A stretch of 63,556 nt of DNA, counting the filler, from Octopus bimaculoides (taxonomy: Eukaryota): the NCBI RefSeq assembly GCF_001194135.2. It is 8 parts of 8 records of this genome, joined end to end, with 100 filler letters (N's around TTAATTAATTAA, not from the genome) between each part and the next. Parts side by side here need not be neighbours in the genome. Positions count along the whole stretch, not along the records: positions 13,288 to 33,837 come from NC_068996.1; 7 more parts are not named here. One strand, written 5' to 3'. The notes beneath the pieces were generated by a model that worked only from the letters and a program-made list of their open reading frames with translations, was not told the DNA's origin and ran no database searches. Positions within the stretch are counted from its first letter, which is position 1. Each line of letters opens with the position of its first letter. Positions 13,498 to 25,950 of this stretch are shown one piece after another. The position numbers and the translations under genes were made by a program.

Positions 13498-15688
13498 AAT
13501 ATATATATTTAGAAAGTAAGTGGCTGGATGGGATTATGTTGAAATTGGAGCAAGGAAAGAGAGAAGTTGTCATAGAGTCATATGAAGAAGATGGAAGGAG
13601 TGAATGCATAGTGTACTAAGAGAGTTGGTATAAGTAGTAGGAATGGAGAATTTGGAGATAAATGGGAAGAGCCGTAAGGGATAGGACTAGAGAATGATTA
13701 TAATGCTAGTAATTAATTAGTAGCCTTTCTAAATTGGAGATTAAGATTTGTATAATGACTATATTAACCTGTATATTGCATCTTTTACCATTAGTGTAAA
13801 CGGTGAAATTTATATTGTAATTTAAAACCCCTATATTTACTGCGGAAATAGATTCACCGACAAGAAAAATGCAGATGATTATATAAAAATCGTATTTACA
13901 ACCCTAGTTATTGCATTAGTAAAAAAAAAGTCGCAATGAGTCACATGCACGGAAATCATTTTCAAGGAATCAGTGAAACCAAACAAATTGCAACGGCAAT
14001 CGAGGCTAATAAGAGGAAAAGCTGAAAAATTAAAAAAAAGTATGTCAGTTTAATGTTTGAAGGTTTTATCAGAAAAAAAAAAAACAACCACAAGCTGCAA
14101 CCATACAAATTTCTAATATTGTGGCACTGAAAATAGCGCAAACCAAATAAGAGCATGATATAGCCAAACTCTCACATTTCCAAGGACTTTTGCCTTAAGT
14201 TATGCTCTGAAAAGCTACACTTTTTAAACATGTCTCATAACGCGATTAAGCATAGACATTTTGCCATTTTGTCTTAGGTAATAGTAGAATTAATGCATGT
14301 GATCTAACACAACGTGATGTTTGTTTATAAATGAAACTAGATTGTTTGTTTGTTTTTTTGTTTTCACAAATCAATAGAGACTATCACAACTGTATTAGAA
14401 AAATTCAATATTTTAATCAAATTTTTTCTTTAGAAAAGGAAAAGTTTTGAAAAGCTAACACAGATTCTACTCCTTGATTATTGGGGTGTTACTCAGGGTT
14501 CCAAGATTAAGATTTTCTTCAAAGGTGATCGGAACGCAATATACCAAGTTTTGGTAAATAGTAACCACTAAAGCTTTACCTACTTTTTCGAATGTAATAC
14601 ATAAAACTAATTGTTATAAAAACCAAGGCTCTCAAGGCTTTGTTATTAAGAAATTGAGATGGAAGCAGGCATTATCATTTCATATATAATGTGACTATAG
14701 GAAGAACTTTTGGAAGGAAACCTCTACAAAGATTTTTTACAGTAAACACATCAACTGAAAAAAAAAATGATTTACTTACACAAAACATAACAAATTTGGA
14801 ATATATGATCAGTGAGAAAAAATGTTTATGTAAAAAGAAAACTTGATTGATGTTTTTGGAATACTATGTTATATTTATACTATAGCAAATTATTCAATCA
14901 TCATTTATCGACTTATTAAAAAACAAAAATAAAATTCTTTAGATTGAAAAATCGAAACTATGGGTAACAGATATTCAGGAAGGGCATTGTACATGTTTCC
15001 AAAATTTGCAACCATTTTATCAGAAAATACAAAAGTTAATAGTATTGAGGATATGTGTTTCTTTTCAGGAAAACAATATTCGAAACATTTAAATGCTTGG
15101 TTGCTTCACTGTTTTCAAAAATAGTCAAATAAATAATATATTCTTGCTATAAATCATTTTTACAGATAATATTTGTAAAGCACTTTAAATGAGAGAGGAG
15201 AATTTTTTAACTTTATCAACAGTTTTAAGGTAAATAACACACACACACACACACACACATACACACACACACACAGAAACACACACTCAAGCATACATAC
15301 ATACACACACACACATGATGTTTTTATTAATAACAAATGATCACTGTTGGATATGCGCAAAGCAATCTTACTACTGTTGTCAAATTTCTTGAAGAATTCT
15401 GCTTCCGTTCCCCCAAGGCATGTTTGCACTTAAATGTCTTTTTACAATTTCTTGTAATTAAACATGATTATAGAAATAAAAAAATAAGACGTCTTAGAGC
15501 GTAGTTGTTATAACAATTCCCTGGATACGATACTTGGTAGAAAGTATGCAAACATAACCAACCCATTATATTTTCAAAGGTCAATGTGCATAACTTTTGT
15601 TTCATACTGTTTTTTGAGAATTCTTAAAACTTTATTCTCGAAACGAACAGTTGAAGTTATATGTATGTATGTATGTATGTATGTATAC

Positions 15689-15742
<54 letters not shown>

Positions 15743-16441
15743 ATATGTACGTACGTATGTATGTATAAGTATATGCATATCTGTCTATGTGCGTGTGTTT
15801 GTGTCACAGATTTGATAAATGATGTGCTTTGATTTTTGGAAAATTAATTTTTAATAAAATTTGGAACTATAAATGTCTTTAAATATACTGCAGAAAACAA
15901 ATCTGGACCATAAGTACACTGAAGAAACGAGTTATTGCAAATTGCAAGCAAAATAGCTGTTTTTCACTGCTATATAATGTGTATATGCGTGTAAACTAAA
16001 TAACCAAAAGTGCTCATTACAAGAATTAAGATTAAAAATTATAATCACCACTTCCGGTTGCACTTTTCCTATATCAATTACGTACTGTTCTATCTTCCTG
16101 CTCTCTAACCTTTTTCCTTCCACTGCAGACTTTACGTATCCTGATTTGTATACGATTGGTGATATATGAAAGAATTTGAGAATAACCTTTCATCCATCCA
16201 TCCATCCAGGTTTGGCGACTATCTCGAACCAATATGGATTTTCCACGCCAGATATCCCGATTGAGGAACGATGAATGAATGCCTGGCCTGGACCTTAGTC
16301 ACTTTGGTCTTTCGCTAGCTGAAAGACCTCATCTGCTCACGCCAAAACTAAGTCGATACCAGCTATGTGCTTTCCTCCACTCGGTATCTAGTGATATTCA
16401 ACATTGATTCAATAAGATCATCTGCTTAAATAGTGCACATA

Positions 16442-16857
16442 CGCAGAAGCATAGCTGTGTAGTAATAAGCTCGCTTTCCAACCACATGGTTCCGGGTTCA
16501 GTCCCACTGCGTGGTACCTTAGGCAAGTGTGTTCTACTCTAGCCTCGTGAGTGGATTTGCTACACCAAAGCCTTGTGGCCTTGTGAGTAGATTTGGTACA
16601 CGGAAACTGAAAGACGCCCGTCGTATGTATACATGTGTGTGTGACAATGTGTCTATGTTTGTCCCCTACCATCACTTGACAACCGATATTGGTGTGTTTA
16701 CATACCTTAATTTAGCAGTCCGGCAAAGAAGAGACCGTTAGAATAAGTGTCAGGCTTATAAAAAACGTCCTGGAGTCGATAAGTTCCACTAAAATCCTTC
16801 AGAGCGGTGCACCAGGACGACCGCAGTTAATTGACCGAAACAAGTAAAAGATAAAAG
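16442..16857 (+). mobile_element. SINE family B, near full length
   Basis: tRNA-like head (GCTGTGTAGTAATAAG...GGTTCCGGGTTCAGTCCC), CORE-like CACCTTAGGCAAGTG, internal TG tract, tail ending GAAACAAGTAAAAGATAAAAG; short internal duplication around 16545-16600. Confidence 0.9.
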
Positions 16858-16899
16858 CTACACCATACTGTATGCCATGATTTACAACGTACACTTAAT

Positions 16900-19110
16900 C
16901 AGGTGGATATACATGCTATGTAACCCATGGCTAGGACCCTGAGAAATATTAAACTACATTGGGTCAGAATAGACCTGTGAGTGGGAGAAATAGTGACTAA
17001 CAGGTTGTTCCACATTCCCAAAATCTTGAACTGCCGAACTAGAATTCCACTGCCGGTTGCAGTTTGATGTCATATCCAAGATTTGACTATTCCAAATCCT
17101 GAGTACTTTCTTTGTCACAACCACTCAGATAACAAATGTTTTATATGGTTTATCAAAAAACACAATGTGATTTGGTGTTATATAGGGACATTTCTATTTT
17201 GACCCATCAGACGGATTTTTCCATCTTCAGTTTGAGACGAAGAACCTTAAACTCAGAGAGAACTCAGACTTCGAGTTTACGATAACAAAATAGACAAGTG
17301 TCATTTTTTTCCTCTAGTAGTCGGTTGAGATGCCTTTGCTAACGACCTTTCCAAATCAGTTAATAGTTCACCATCCAGTCAAGTCATTTAAATCACTACT
17401 TCTTTGTTTGACTTTACTCTAATAGTTCTCTTGAGAGAAGGAGAGGGCGGGGGCGAGACACACCCAAATAAATAGCTTTTCCAGACTCTGCAATCTGTCT
17501 TGTCGGAAACGTGGGATTCAGTTTCTAGTAACTGGATCTCTATCTTATTGATAAGGAAGTTATGCTCTGTTTAGCCAGTCACCCAAAACTGCGGACATTT
17601 GTCTAACTGCTGAAGTACAAAAAATCTTATATTCGAGTACAGTTGACTCTACGAAGGTTTCCCATGTCCACTTAAGCACATTCTGAAAATGTGGTCGATA
17701 CCTGTCAAACTGGAGCAAATTTACGAGACTTTAAACTCCTTTTAGAACACATCTAAGAGAGCTTTGTAGTCACTGGCATTAATGAGTGCATTATTTCTAA
17801 GTATATTTCTAGATGCATAAAACTGACCAGTCATTCCTAGTTTGACATAAATTGTCCTTCGTCTAAAGTTACCACCTTTACTACTGCTTATGTAGACAAC
17901 CAATAATTTCCTATCCCATCAGTTTAAATGTTCCTTGTTTTGAGATCGAAACTTTTGGAAACAGCAATGGTACTCTACTCTCTCCAACTGAAAAAAGGCA
18001 TACATAAAGTTGTCAAATGAAAAGGGCACAACTGCGTGCGTCCCGTAAATCTTACTTCTGCTAATTCTGAGAATTCTAGCTTTGCTAATTGTTACCAAAT
18101 ATATATCTAATTGCACAGTCATGAAATCAGGGCCTGATGTACTCGCGCAACCAGTCACAATACAGTCAAGTACGGGCACATTTTAAAGTGGAAAAAAATG
18201 ACAAACCAGTTCACTCTATGAGTATTCACAAAGTCTGTGATTTGTCAGAAGTATCTTTCATACTCGCTGAACATTTCTTTTAGGTCTATATGAAATTCTA
18301 AAATTCAAAGTAAATGTCGGTAACTGTTTTCAGGAAGATACATTCAAACCTCTCTGAATGGTCTTCTTACTCATAAGCATTACGTTATTCTTTCGAAGAA
18401 GACAGAGTTGAAAATGATGATGAGGAATGCATCACCAGAATTAAAATTTGATGTCAATCGTTTGGAGCGAGGCGGGAATGAAATACACTGGAAGTAAGAA
18501 TGTTTTAACAGAGAATCAGTTGAATATTCGTCTAGAGGTTGATGTTTAGTTCACACAAAAAATACAGAGAATATATTTAATCAGATAGACTTGGTGGACA
18601 GAATCTAGCTGCTCGTTTTATGAGAAATAAAAGCCCCTAAGCGTTAAATCTCTGGTAGTGTTACTAATCTTAGGGCTTTCTTCTAACACATAGACAGAAA
18701 GAGCGAAAATCTGCCCCGATATCAATACAACAGCTACCAATGACAGAAGCCAGAAAAAAAGATTACTTCAAAGAAAATCTTTTGTAAATTCCTTCGTCGA
18801 CGAAAACAGTATCTGGTCTAATACGAATACTCGCTTACGATCACTGATCCTCTATATAACTGACTTTCTCTGACACATCATCAAACATTGTATGATTTTG
18901 AAAGGTTAGACGCTGAGAGAATTGTGAGCTACCAAAGGAGAAAGATAACGATCACAAGAAAATACACTACAAAAACAGCAACCACAAAATCAACAAAATA
19001 ACCCATAGGAATGCAAAGCTGAGAAATTAGTCTGTATGTTACCTTCTGATTGCAGTTGGTGTGTAGCGGTTATAGTTATATATCTGTTTGTGTGACTGGT
19101 GCTACTTTTA
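16900..19110 (+). pseudogene. Putative highly degraded protocadherin ectodomain+TM relic
   Basis: Ordered cadherin-like motifs in shifting frames: VGEIV (~16990), FLCHNHSDNKCF (17107), DAFANDL (17329), IDKE (17547), SPKTAD (17579), VDNQ*FP (17892), TFGNS, AYIKLS (17998), VEKNDKPV (18188), FVDENS/SGLIRI (~18790), LILYITD, hydrophobic LLIAVGV/VAVIVIYLFV (~19040-19095). Many stops and frameshifts; recognition by eye only. Confidence 0.45.
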
Positions 19111-19301
19111 AATTGAATCTTGTTCTAATTAGTATGAATTTTATTATACTCTTTTCTTCAGTGGTGTAAAAATTTGTGTTTCTTATAAGTATATATTCTG
19201 CCTAAACTTTGATGGCATAACGTCTTTCGCTAGTGTCTTGCTCTTTAAATTACTTGTCTGTCTCACTCGACACATATTTGCAACTTTACGCTCTTGAGCC
19301 T

Positions 19302-19921
19302 GATAATGAATCTATTATTACTGCATGCTCTTGTACAGTGCCCGCGCATTGCTGATTTGTGGAGCTTTGTCGAACAGCTATTGTCACGTGCAGTACGGAT
19401 CCAGCTATCGTCCGAGTCCATTGTGAAGATCGCCCTACCTCCTCCCTTTAGCTGGGAAGGAGGGCAATTTTTCTGTCTGGTGTCTATGGCAAAAGAGGTA
19501 AAAGCGACAGTACCTTCCTCTTTGACCAAGGCCTCATCAACTTTTTTAGGTTCCACCTGAAAAGGAAAGTGAGACCGGAGAGGGAAGTACAGTCACCCAG
19601 TAAGTTCATTGAAAGGTGGGTGAATGTGGCAAGAATGGCCCGCGTAAATGGGCTGACTCTTAGTGAACGCCTGTAGGCCGGATGGAAGGGAGAAGAAAGG
19701 GTGCCGTCCTGTGGAGCCGTTGATGTTAAGGGGTGTAAAGTGCGGGAAGTTTCTTTGATCACCTTACGGTGGAACTCACCCCTGTTGGGGAAGCATATTG
19801 TTGATTTAATCTCTGTTAATTGTTGTGTTTGCTGGTCCTTTACACGTTTAAACTCACTGTCCCTCGTCCGTGTATCGTCCTCTATGTTTTGTATTTGGTC
19901 CTGGTGGCCAAGAAGGAAAGA

Positions 19922-19977
<56 letters not shown>
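19302..19977 (+). mobile_element. 5'-truncated Tx1/L1-clade LINE 3' end with (ATT)n tail
   Basis: LLHALVQCPRIADLWSFVEQLLSR (H..C half of the ORF2 C-terminal zinc knuckle) then LINFFRFHLKRKVRPERE...FIERWVNVARMARVNGLTL* (stop 19674-19676), 3' UTR, (ATT)n 19922-19977. Confidence 0.65.
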
Positions 19978-20008
<31 letters not shown>

Positions 20009-23000
20009 CAGTAGTTTTATTTTTATAACATGCTTTCACTACACTACCGAGCGCAGCTCTGTGTGCCTTGGGTATGTGCTGTGGTTTGCTGTGATGCTCT
20101 TATGGTTACTGTATTGAAAGTGTTTTGTGTAGGATGTGTGCAATGCCCGGTAGTGCAATTTTCTGTATGATATATATATTTGTAAGTCCTAGTGTTTTTG
20201 TTACGTATTTGTCTGAATATTTTTTTATTATACCTAAGGCACCTACTATGATAGGAATTGTTTCTGTTTTTAGATTCCACATTCGAGTTACCTCTATTTC
20301 CAGGTCTTTGTATTTTGAAAGTTTTTCCATTTCTTTTAGGGAAACTTTGTCATCTGTTGGTATTGATACATCAATTAGAAAGCATTTTTTTCCTTCATGA
20401 TCTTTGACAACTATATCTGGTCTATTGGTCTTAATTTCTCTATCTGTGTGTATTGGCATATCCCAGAGTATGGCTCCTTTCTCATTTTCTGTGACCTTTT
20501 CTGGCGTGTGTTCATACCATCTTTTTTCTGTTGTTATTCCATAGTGTTGGCATAGCTTCCAGTGTATATAGGTCCCAGCTCTGTCGTGTCTGTGAATATA
20601 TTCCTTCTTAGCCAGGACTGGGCAGCCAGAGATAATATGATTTATTGTTTCTTGTCCATCTCCACATATTCTACAGTTACTTGTTATGTTTCTTTTCATT
20701 ATATGTTTTTGGTAATTTCTGGTGGGGAGGCTTTGGTCTTGTGAAGTAATAAAAAAAATCCTTCAGTCTCTGCTTTGAGTCCTGAGCTTCTCAACCATTG
20801 CAGGGATATTTCTCTGTCTATTTCTTTTGCATTTAGTTTGGCCCAGTATTTTTTTTTACCATGTAGGGGCTTTTCTTGTCATCGTTTTATCATGGTCCGT
20901 TGCTGTTCTAGTTTTAGTTTGTATTCCATTTGTTTAATAGCTTTTATTGTTTCTTCTTCCTATTTGTTAGGTAGTATGACTTCTTGTTTGTATTTGTCAG
21001 CTTCCTTAAATACTGAAAACAGTTTGTTGTTTTGCTCGTATTTTGTGGCTATTTGTATTAGGTTTACTTGCTTATGGAGTAGGTATTTTTGCAGTCCTAT
21101 GGTGGTTATTTTATAATAGTTTTCCAGCTGTATAAGACCCCTGCCACCTTCTGTGCGTTGTATATATAGCCTTTCTATGTCAGATTTTGGGTCGTGCATC
21201 CTATATCCTGTCATTATTTTTCTTGTTTTCCTGTCTATTTTAGATAGTTCGTTTAGTGTCCAGTTAAGGACATTGTAGCTGTAACTTATAACAGGGACAG
21301 CTAAAGTGTTAATACCTATTATCTTGTTTTTAATATTGATCTAACTCGTCTATAGTACTATTTCTTTATTTTTTCTTTCATTTGTGTGTGTTGTATCCTA
21401 TCTAGTTCATTGACTCCTAAATATTTGTATGGCTGGCTTTCGTCTAGTTCTCTTATTTCATTGGCTTTATCTAGTGTTATATTGCTACTTTTAACTAATT
21501 TTCCTCTTTTCAGGGTTGCTTTGGCACATTTTTCTAATCCGAGTTTCACATCTATTTCCTTGGTAAATCCATGTACTGTCTGTAGTAGTGTTTCCAGCTC
21601 TTTATCATTTCTAGCGTATAATTTTAGGTCATCCATATATAAAAGGTGGCTGACTGCTTTGCCGTAACATTTGTATCCGCATCCAGTCCTACTTAGCAAT
21701 TCACTTAAAGGTGTGAGTTCCAGGCAGAACAGGAGTGGAGAGAGCGTGTCTCCCTGGAATATTCCTCTTCTAATGGGGATGGCTTTCGTTTTCTCAAGTC
21801 CCTCTTTTGTTTAGAGCTGTAGCACTGCCTGCCATTTGTTCATAGAGTGCCTTATGTATTTTATTATAATTGGTGTCACCTAGTTTATGGCTAGTGTTTC
21901 GAGAATCCACGTGTGGGGAACACTGTCGAAAGCCTTTCGGTAGTTGATCCAGGCCATACTGAGGCCTTTCTTCTTTCTGCAGCTGTCTTCAGTTATCGCT
22001 TTATTGATCAATAATTGATCTTTACAGCCGTATGAGCCCTTGCAGCATCCCTTCTGCTCTTCTGGAAACAGGTTGTTATTTTCCAGGTGCTTACTCAATC
22101 TCTGCGATAGGTTATAGGTCTGTAGTTTTGTGGTTTCTCCGTTTCCGTGGATTTGGGAATTAAGATGGTTTTCTCGTTCGTGAGCCATTCAGGCATTGTC
22201 TCTGGCTCTGCTAGTATATTGTTAAAGTTTTCAGCCAGCTTTTTGTGCATTCCTGTCAGGTATTTTAAACAGAAGTTGCGGATCTTGTCATTCCCAGGTG
22301 CTTTCCAGTTGCTTAGTCTTTGCAGTGTCTGGGTGACCTCTTCAGTTGTTATAGGGGTCCAGAGTTGCTCAGATGCTAAGTTCGTTGTTTTAATGGTCCT
22401 TTTCTGGGGTTGTTGCTTCACCGACCATATTTGTTTCCAGAATTTCTCTAGTTCTTCTGCTGTTGGTGCTGAAGTAATGTCTATTTTATTTTTACCCAGT
22501 TCTTGGTACAGTTTTGGGGGATTGGATTTGAACTGTTTGTTTTGTTCAAAGGAACGTTAGTGTTTCTCATACCGGCGGATCCTTTGTGCTTTGGCAAGGA
22601 TATCTTGCTTTAGCTTTTCTTTTGCCTCAGGTAAGTCTTTTTCTGTAATGTTGTATTTGTACAGTATTTTTTTCTTCTTCTTACTTAGTTGTGTTGATTA
22701 TCTACTAATTTCGTTGAGAATCGATAAATCTTTTCTCTTTTCTTTTATTTTGTTTTGGATATTATTTATCCACAAGGTCTCTTTGGGTGGTAGAACTCCT
22801 GTTCNNNNNNNNNNNNNNNNNNNNNNNNNNNNNNNNNNNNNNNNNNNNNNNNNNNNNNNNNNNNNNNNNNNNNNNNNNNNNNNNNNNNNNNNNNNNNNNN
22901 NNNNNNNNNNNNNNNNNNNNNNNNNNNNNNNNNNNNNNNNNNNNNNNNNNNNNNNNNNNNNNNNNNNNNNNNNNNNNNNNNNNNNNNNNNNNNNNNNNNN

Positions 23001-24123
23001 NNNNNNNNNNNNNNNNNNNNNNNNNNNNNNNNNNNNNNNNNNNNNNNNNNNNNNNNNNNNNNNNNNNNNNNNNNNNNNNNNNNNNNNNNNNNNNNNNNNN
23101 NNNNNNNNNNNNNNNNNNNNNNNNNNNNNNNNNNNNNNNNNNNNNNNNNNNNNNNNNNNNNNNNNNNNNNNNNNNNNNNNNNNNNNNNNNNNNNNNNNNN
23201 NNNNNNNNNNNNNNNNNNNNNNNNNNNNNNNNNNNNNNNNNNNNNNNNNNNNNNNNNNNNNNNNNNNNNNNNNNNNNNNNNNNNNNNNNNNNNNNNNNNN
23301 NNNNNNNNNNNNNNNNNNNNNNNNNNNNNNNNNNNNNNNNNNNNNNNNNNNNNNNNNNNNNNNNNNNNNNNNNNNNNNNNNNNNNNNNNNNNNNNNNNNN
23401 NNNNNNNNNNNNNNNNNNNNNNNNNNNNNNNNNNNNNNNNNNNNNNNNNNNNNNNNNNNNNNNNNNNNNNNNNNNNNNNNNNNNNNNNNNNNNNNNNNNN
23501 NNNNNNCGAAACGTATTCCTCACGTGTCCATTTATGCCGTTTTGGTTTTGTTTGCGGGACATGAGGAACAACGTCCGGTCCTTTATTTTGACGGTCATCG
23601 TTTTCGTAGCGTACCGGTCCGTTCATTTCTGTTGTCAGATTGTTTTGCACGTTCAGATCTTCGTACCTTTTGCGTAACAAGCTTACAGTACGCACTTCCC
23701 GGTTGTTATTCTTAGGTGGAATAATACCGGTATTATTTAATATGTTTGTAATTTTTTTGTACATGGTGTTTGGGTCCGGAGATGGTCTGATGTTGATGTA
23801 ACAAGTGTGTTTACGTTCGCTGTGCGGGTAGTGGAGGTTTCAAGTTAAAATACATCATTATATTTGGAAAAATAGAAATAAATTTCAATGAGTATTACTT
23901 ACTCGCATATAGTCCAACACTTTGTCAGCTATTTTTGGCTCCATGCGATATCTTTATTTCCGATGTTTTTGGATAAATTTCGGAGTAGTGATTTATCGTT
24001 CTGACATGTTAAACGTCCCCGGTGTTGTTGTTAAACGTCCCCGGTGTTGATGTTAAACGTCACCGGTGTTGTCTGTTAAACGTCCCCAGTGTTGTCTCTG
24101 TTAAACGTCCCCGGTGTTGTCTC
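19978..24123 (-). mobile_element. R4/Dong-clade non-LTR retrotransposon (RT + CCHC + restriction-like endonuclease), near full length, frameshifted
   Basis: N-term KRHKWTREEY; WKAPGND, NYRPIT, EEQKGC, WINYRKAFDSVPH, RRGIFQGDTLSPLLFCL (~21725-21775), HLLYMDDLKLYA, YKYLG, GGRGL, CRICGDGQETINHIISGC, RPDIVV..FLIDVSIP..K..KY; ORF start 23764, stop 20106; (AAC)n tail 19978-20008; N gap 22805-23506. Confidence 0.95.
24007..24119 (-). repeat. Five copies of 21-bp TGTTAAACGTCCCCGGTGTTG at the 5' end of the R4/Dong element
   Basis: Copies start 24007, 24029, 24051, 24074, 24099 (periods 22, 22, 23, 25); one substitution each in copies 3 and 4. Confidence 0.95.
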
Positions 24124-24193
24124 ATTATTATTATTATTATTATTATTACTGTTGTTGTTATTTTTTGTTGTTGTTGTTGTTGTTGTTGTTATT

Positions 24194-24262
<69 letters not shown>
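24124..24262. repeat. (ATT)n then (GTT)n microsatellite
   Basis: Directly visible; followed by a SINE fragment, then (TAT)(TAG)(TTC) arrays 24428-24546 and (GAA)n 25008-25088. Confidence 0.95.
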
Positions 24263-24263
<1 letters not shown>

Positions 24264-24420
24264 CGGTATTTCGTCTGCCACTACGTTCTGAGTTCAAATT
24301 CCGCCGAGATCGACTTTGCCTTTTATCTTTTCGGGGAAGATAATTCAAGTACCAGTGGAGTACTGGGTCAATATGATCGACTGCTCCACTCCCCACAAAA
24401 TCCAGCTTTGTGCTTATACC
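24262..24420 (+). mobile_element. Family A SINE, 5'-truncated
   Basis: CGGTATTTCGTCTG...GTTCTGAGTTCAAATTCCGCCGAGATCGACTTTGCC...GATCGACTGCTCCACTCCCC. Confidence 0.85.
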
Positions 24421-24440
24421 AGAAACTATTATTATTATTA

Positions 24441-24480
<40 letters not shown>

Positions 24481-25087
24481 TCTTCTTCTTCTTCTTCTTC
24501 TTCTTCTTCTTCTTCTTCTTCTTCTTCTTCTTCTTCTTCTTCTTCTACTCTTTCTTCTTCTTTCTTCTTCTTCCCCTTCTTATCGCCGCTGATGCTAATN
24601 NNNNNNNNNNNNNNNNNNNNNNNNNNNNNNNNNNNNNNNNNNNNNNNNNNNNNNNNNNNNNNNNNNNNNNNNNNNNNNNNNNNNNNNNNNNNNNNNNNNN
24701 NNNNNNNNNNNNNNNNNNNNNNNNNNNNNNNNNNNNNNNNNNNNNNNNNNNNNNNNNNNNNNNNNNNNNNNNNNNNNNNNNNNNNNNNNNNNNNNNNNNN
24801 NNNNNNNNNNNNNNNNNNNNNNNNNNNNNNNNNNNNNNNNNNNNNNNNNNNNNNNNNNNNNNNNNNNNNNNNNNNNNNNNNNNNNNNNNNNNNNNNNNNN
24901 NNNNNNNNNNNNNNNNNNNNNNNNNNNNNNNNNNNNNNNNNNNNNNNNNNNNNNNNNNNNNNNNNNNNNNNNNNNNNNNNNNNNNNNNNNNNNNNNNNNN
25001 NNNNNNAGAAGAAGAAGAAGAAGAAGAAGAAGAAGAAGAAGAAGAAGAAGAAGAAGAAGAAGAAGAAGAAGAAGAAGAAGAAGAAGA

Positions 25088-25950
25088 ATACCTTGGGATC
25101 CTCATGGATCTGGACAATATCTTGCACAGAGAAATGAGAGGCAATGTCATCACTGCATATTTGAAGCGCTTCAAACTTCTCTTGAAATCAAAGCTCAACT
25201 CATAAACATATAAGCTGTTGTTGTAGTCCGCTATAGTGCACCCATCCTAAAGTATACACCAACGGAGATTAACTAACTCGATCGCACAACCTGAAAGACA
25301 ATGATATTGCATGGGAACGTCATTGGTGGGGTTGATTTGCGTGGACTGATTAGTGTACGGGAGTGCATCAACAGTGAACGAAGAAACATTACATGGTCAG
25401 TTCCACCTTGAAAGATAGGGAAGCATTAAGGAGCTGCCTCAGTAAGGGTCACCTAAAAATGAAGATTGAAAGCCTAATAATCGCTACCCAGAGTCAGGCA
25501 TTGAATACCAACTCAACTCAGGGAAAAGAGATATATATATCACACAAGTGCAACGAATCTCTGCAGAATGTGTGGAAAGAGGGTCGAAAGCGTGACTCAC
25601 ATTGTTAGTGCTTGTGAAAGTCTTGAGCAGAAAGAGTACAAGCTTAGACACAATAAGGTAGGGCAGAACTCTCACTGGCTACTATGCTGGAAGTATGAAT
25701 ACGAGGTAATGGGTACTTGGTACCAACATACACCAGAAAAGGTAATGGACGAAAAGATGAAGCAAAATTCTTCTGGGACTTTGACTTCAGACAGACAAGG
25801 TAGTAGAGCACCAAAGATCGGACATAGTAACCTTTAAGAGGGACAAACAAGAATGCCTAATAATCGACGTAGCAGTGCTAGGAGGTCAGCATATCATCAT
25901 GAAGGAAAGAGAAAAAGTTGATAGATATGGAGAGCTGAGAATTGTTACTT
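25088..25950 (+). mobile_element. Second, divergent R4/Dong-clade LINE fragment (post-RT, CCHC, RLE)
   Basis: LGILMDLDNILHREM...KRFKLLLKSKLNS, VRYSAPIL, ESLIIATQSQALNT, CGKRVESVTHIVSACESLEQKEYKLRHNKVG, WYQHTPEKV, ECLIIDVAV..KEREKVDRY; several frameshifts. Confidence 0.88.

Noticed and set aside
13950-15170. AT-rich block resembling a non-autonomous DNA transposon
   Set aside because: Only a vague inverted similarity between ~13960 and ~15100; no defined termini or TSD.
18640-18770. Minus-strand LLSLVAVVLISGQIFALSVYVLEESP resembling a signal peptide + EC1 start
   Set aside because: Conflicts with the longer ordered motif series on the + strand and does not continue; likely chance.
24007-24119. 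CRISPR-like array of 21-bp repeats
   Set aside because: Spacers are only 1-4 nt, no cas genes, eukaryotic context; it is the 5' end of a LINE.
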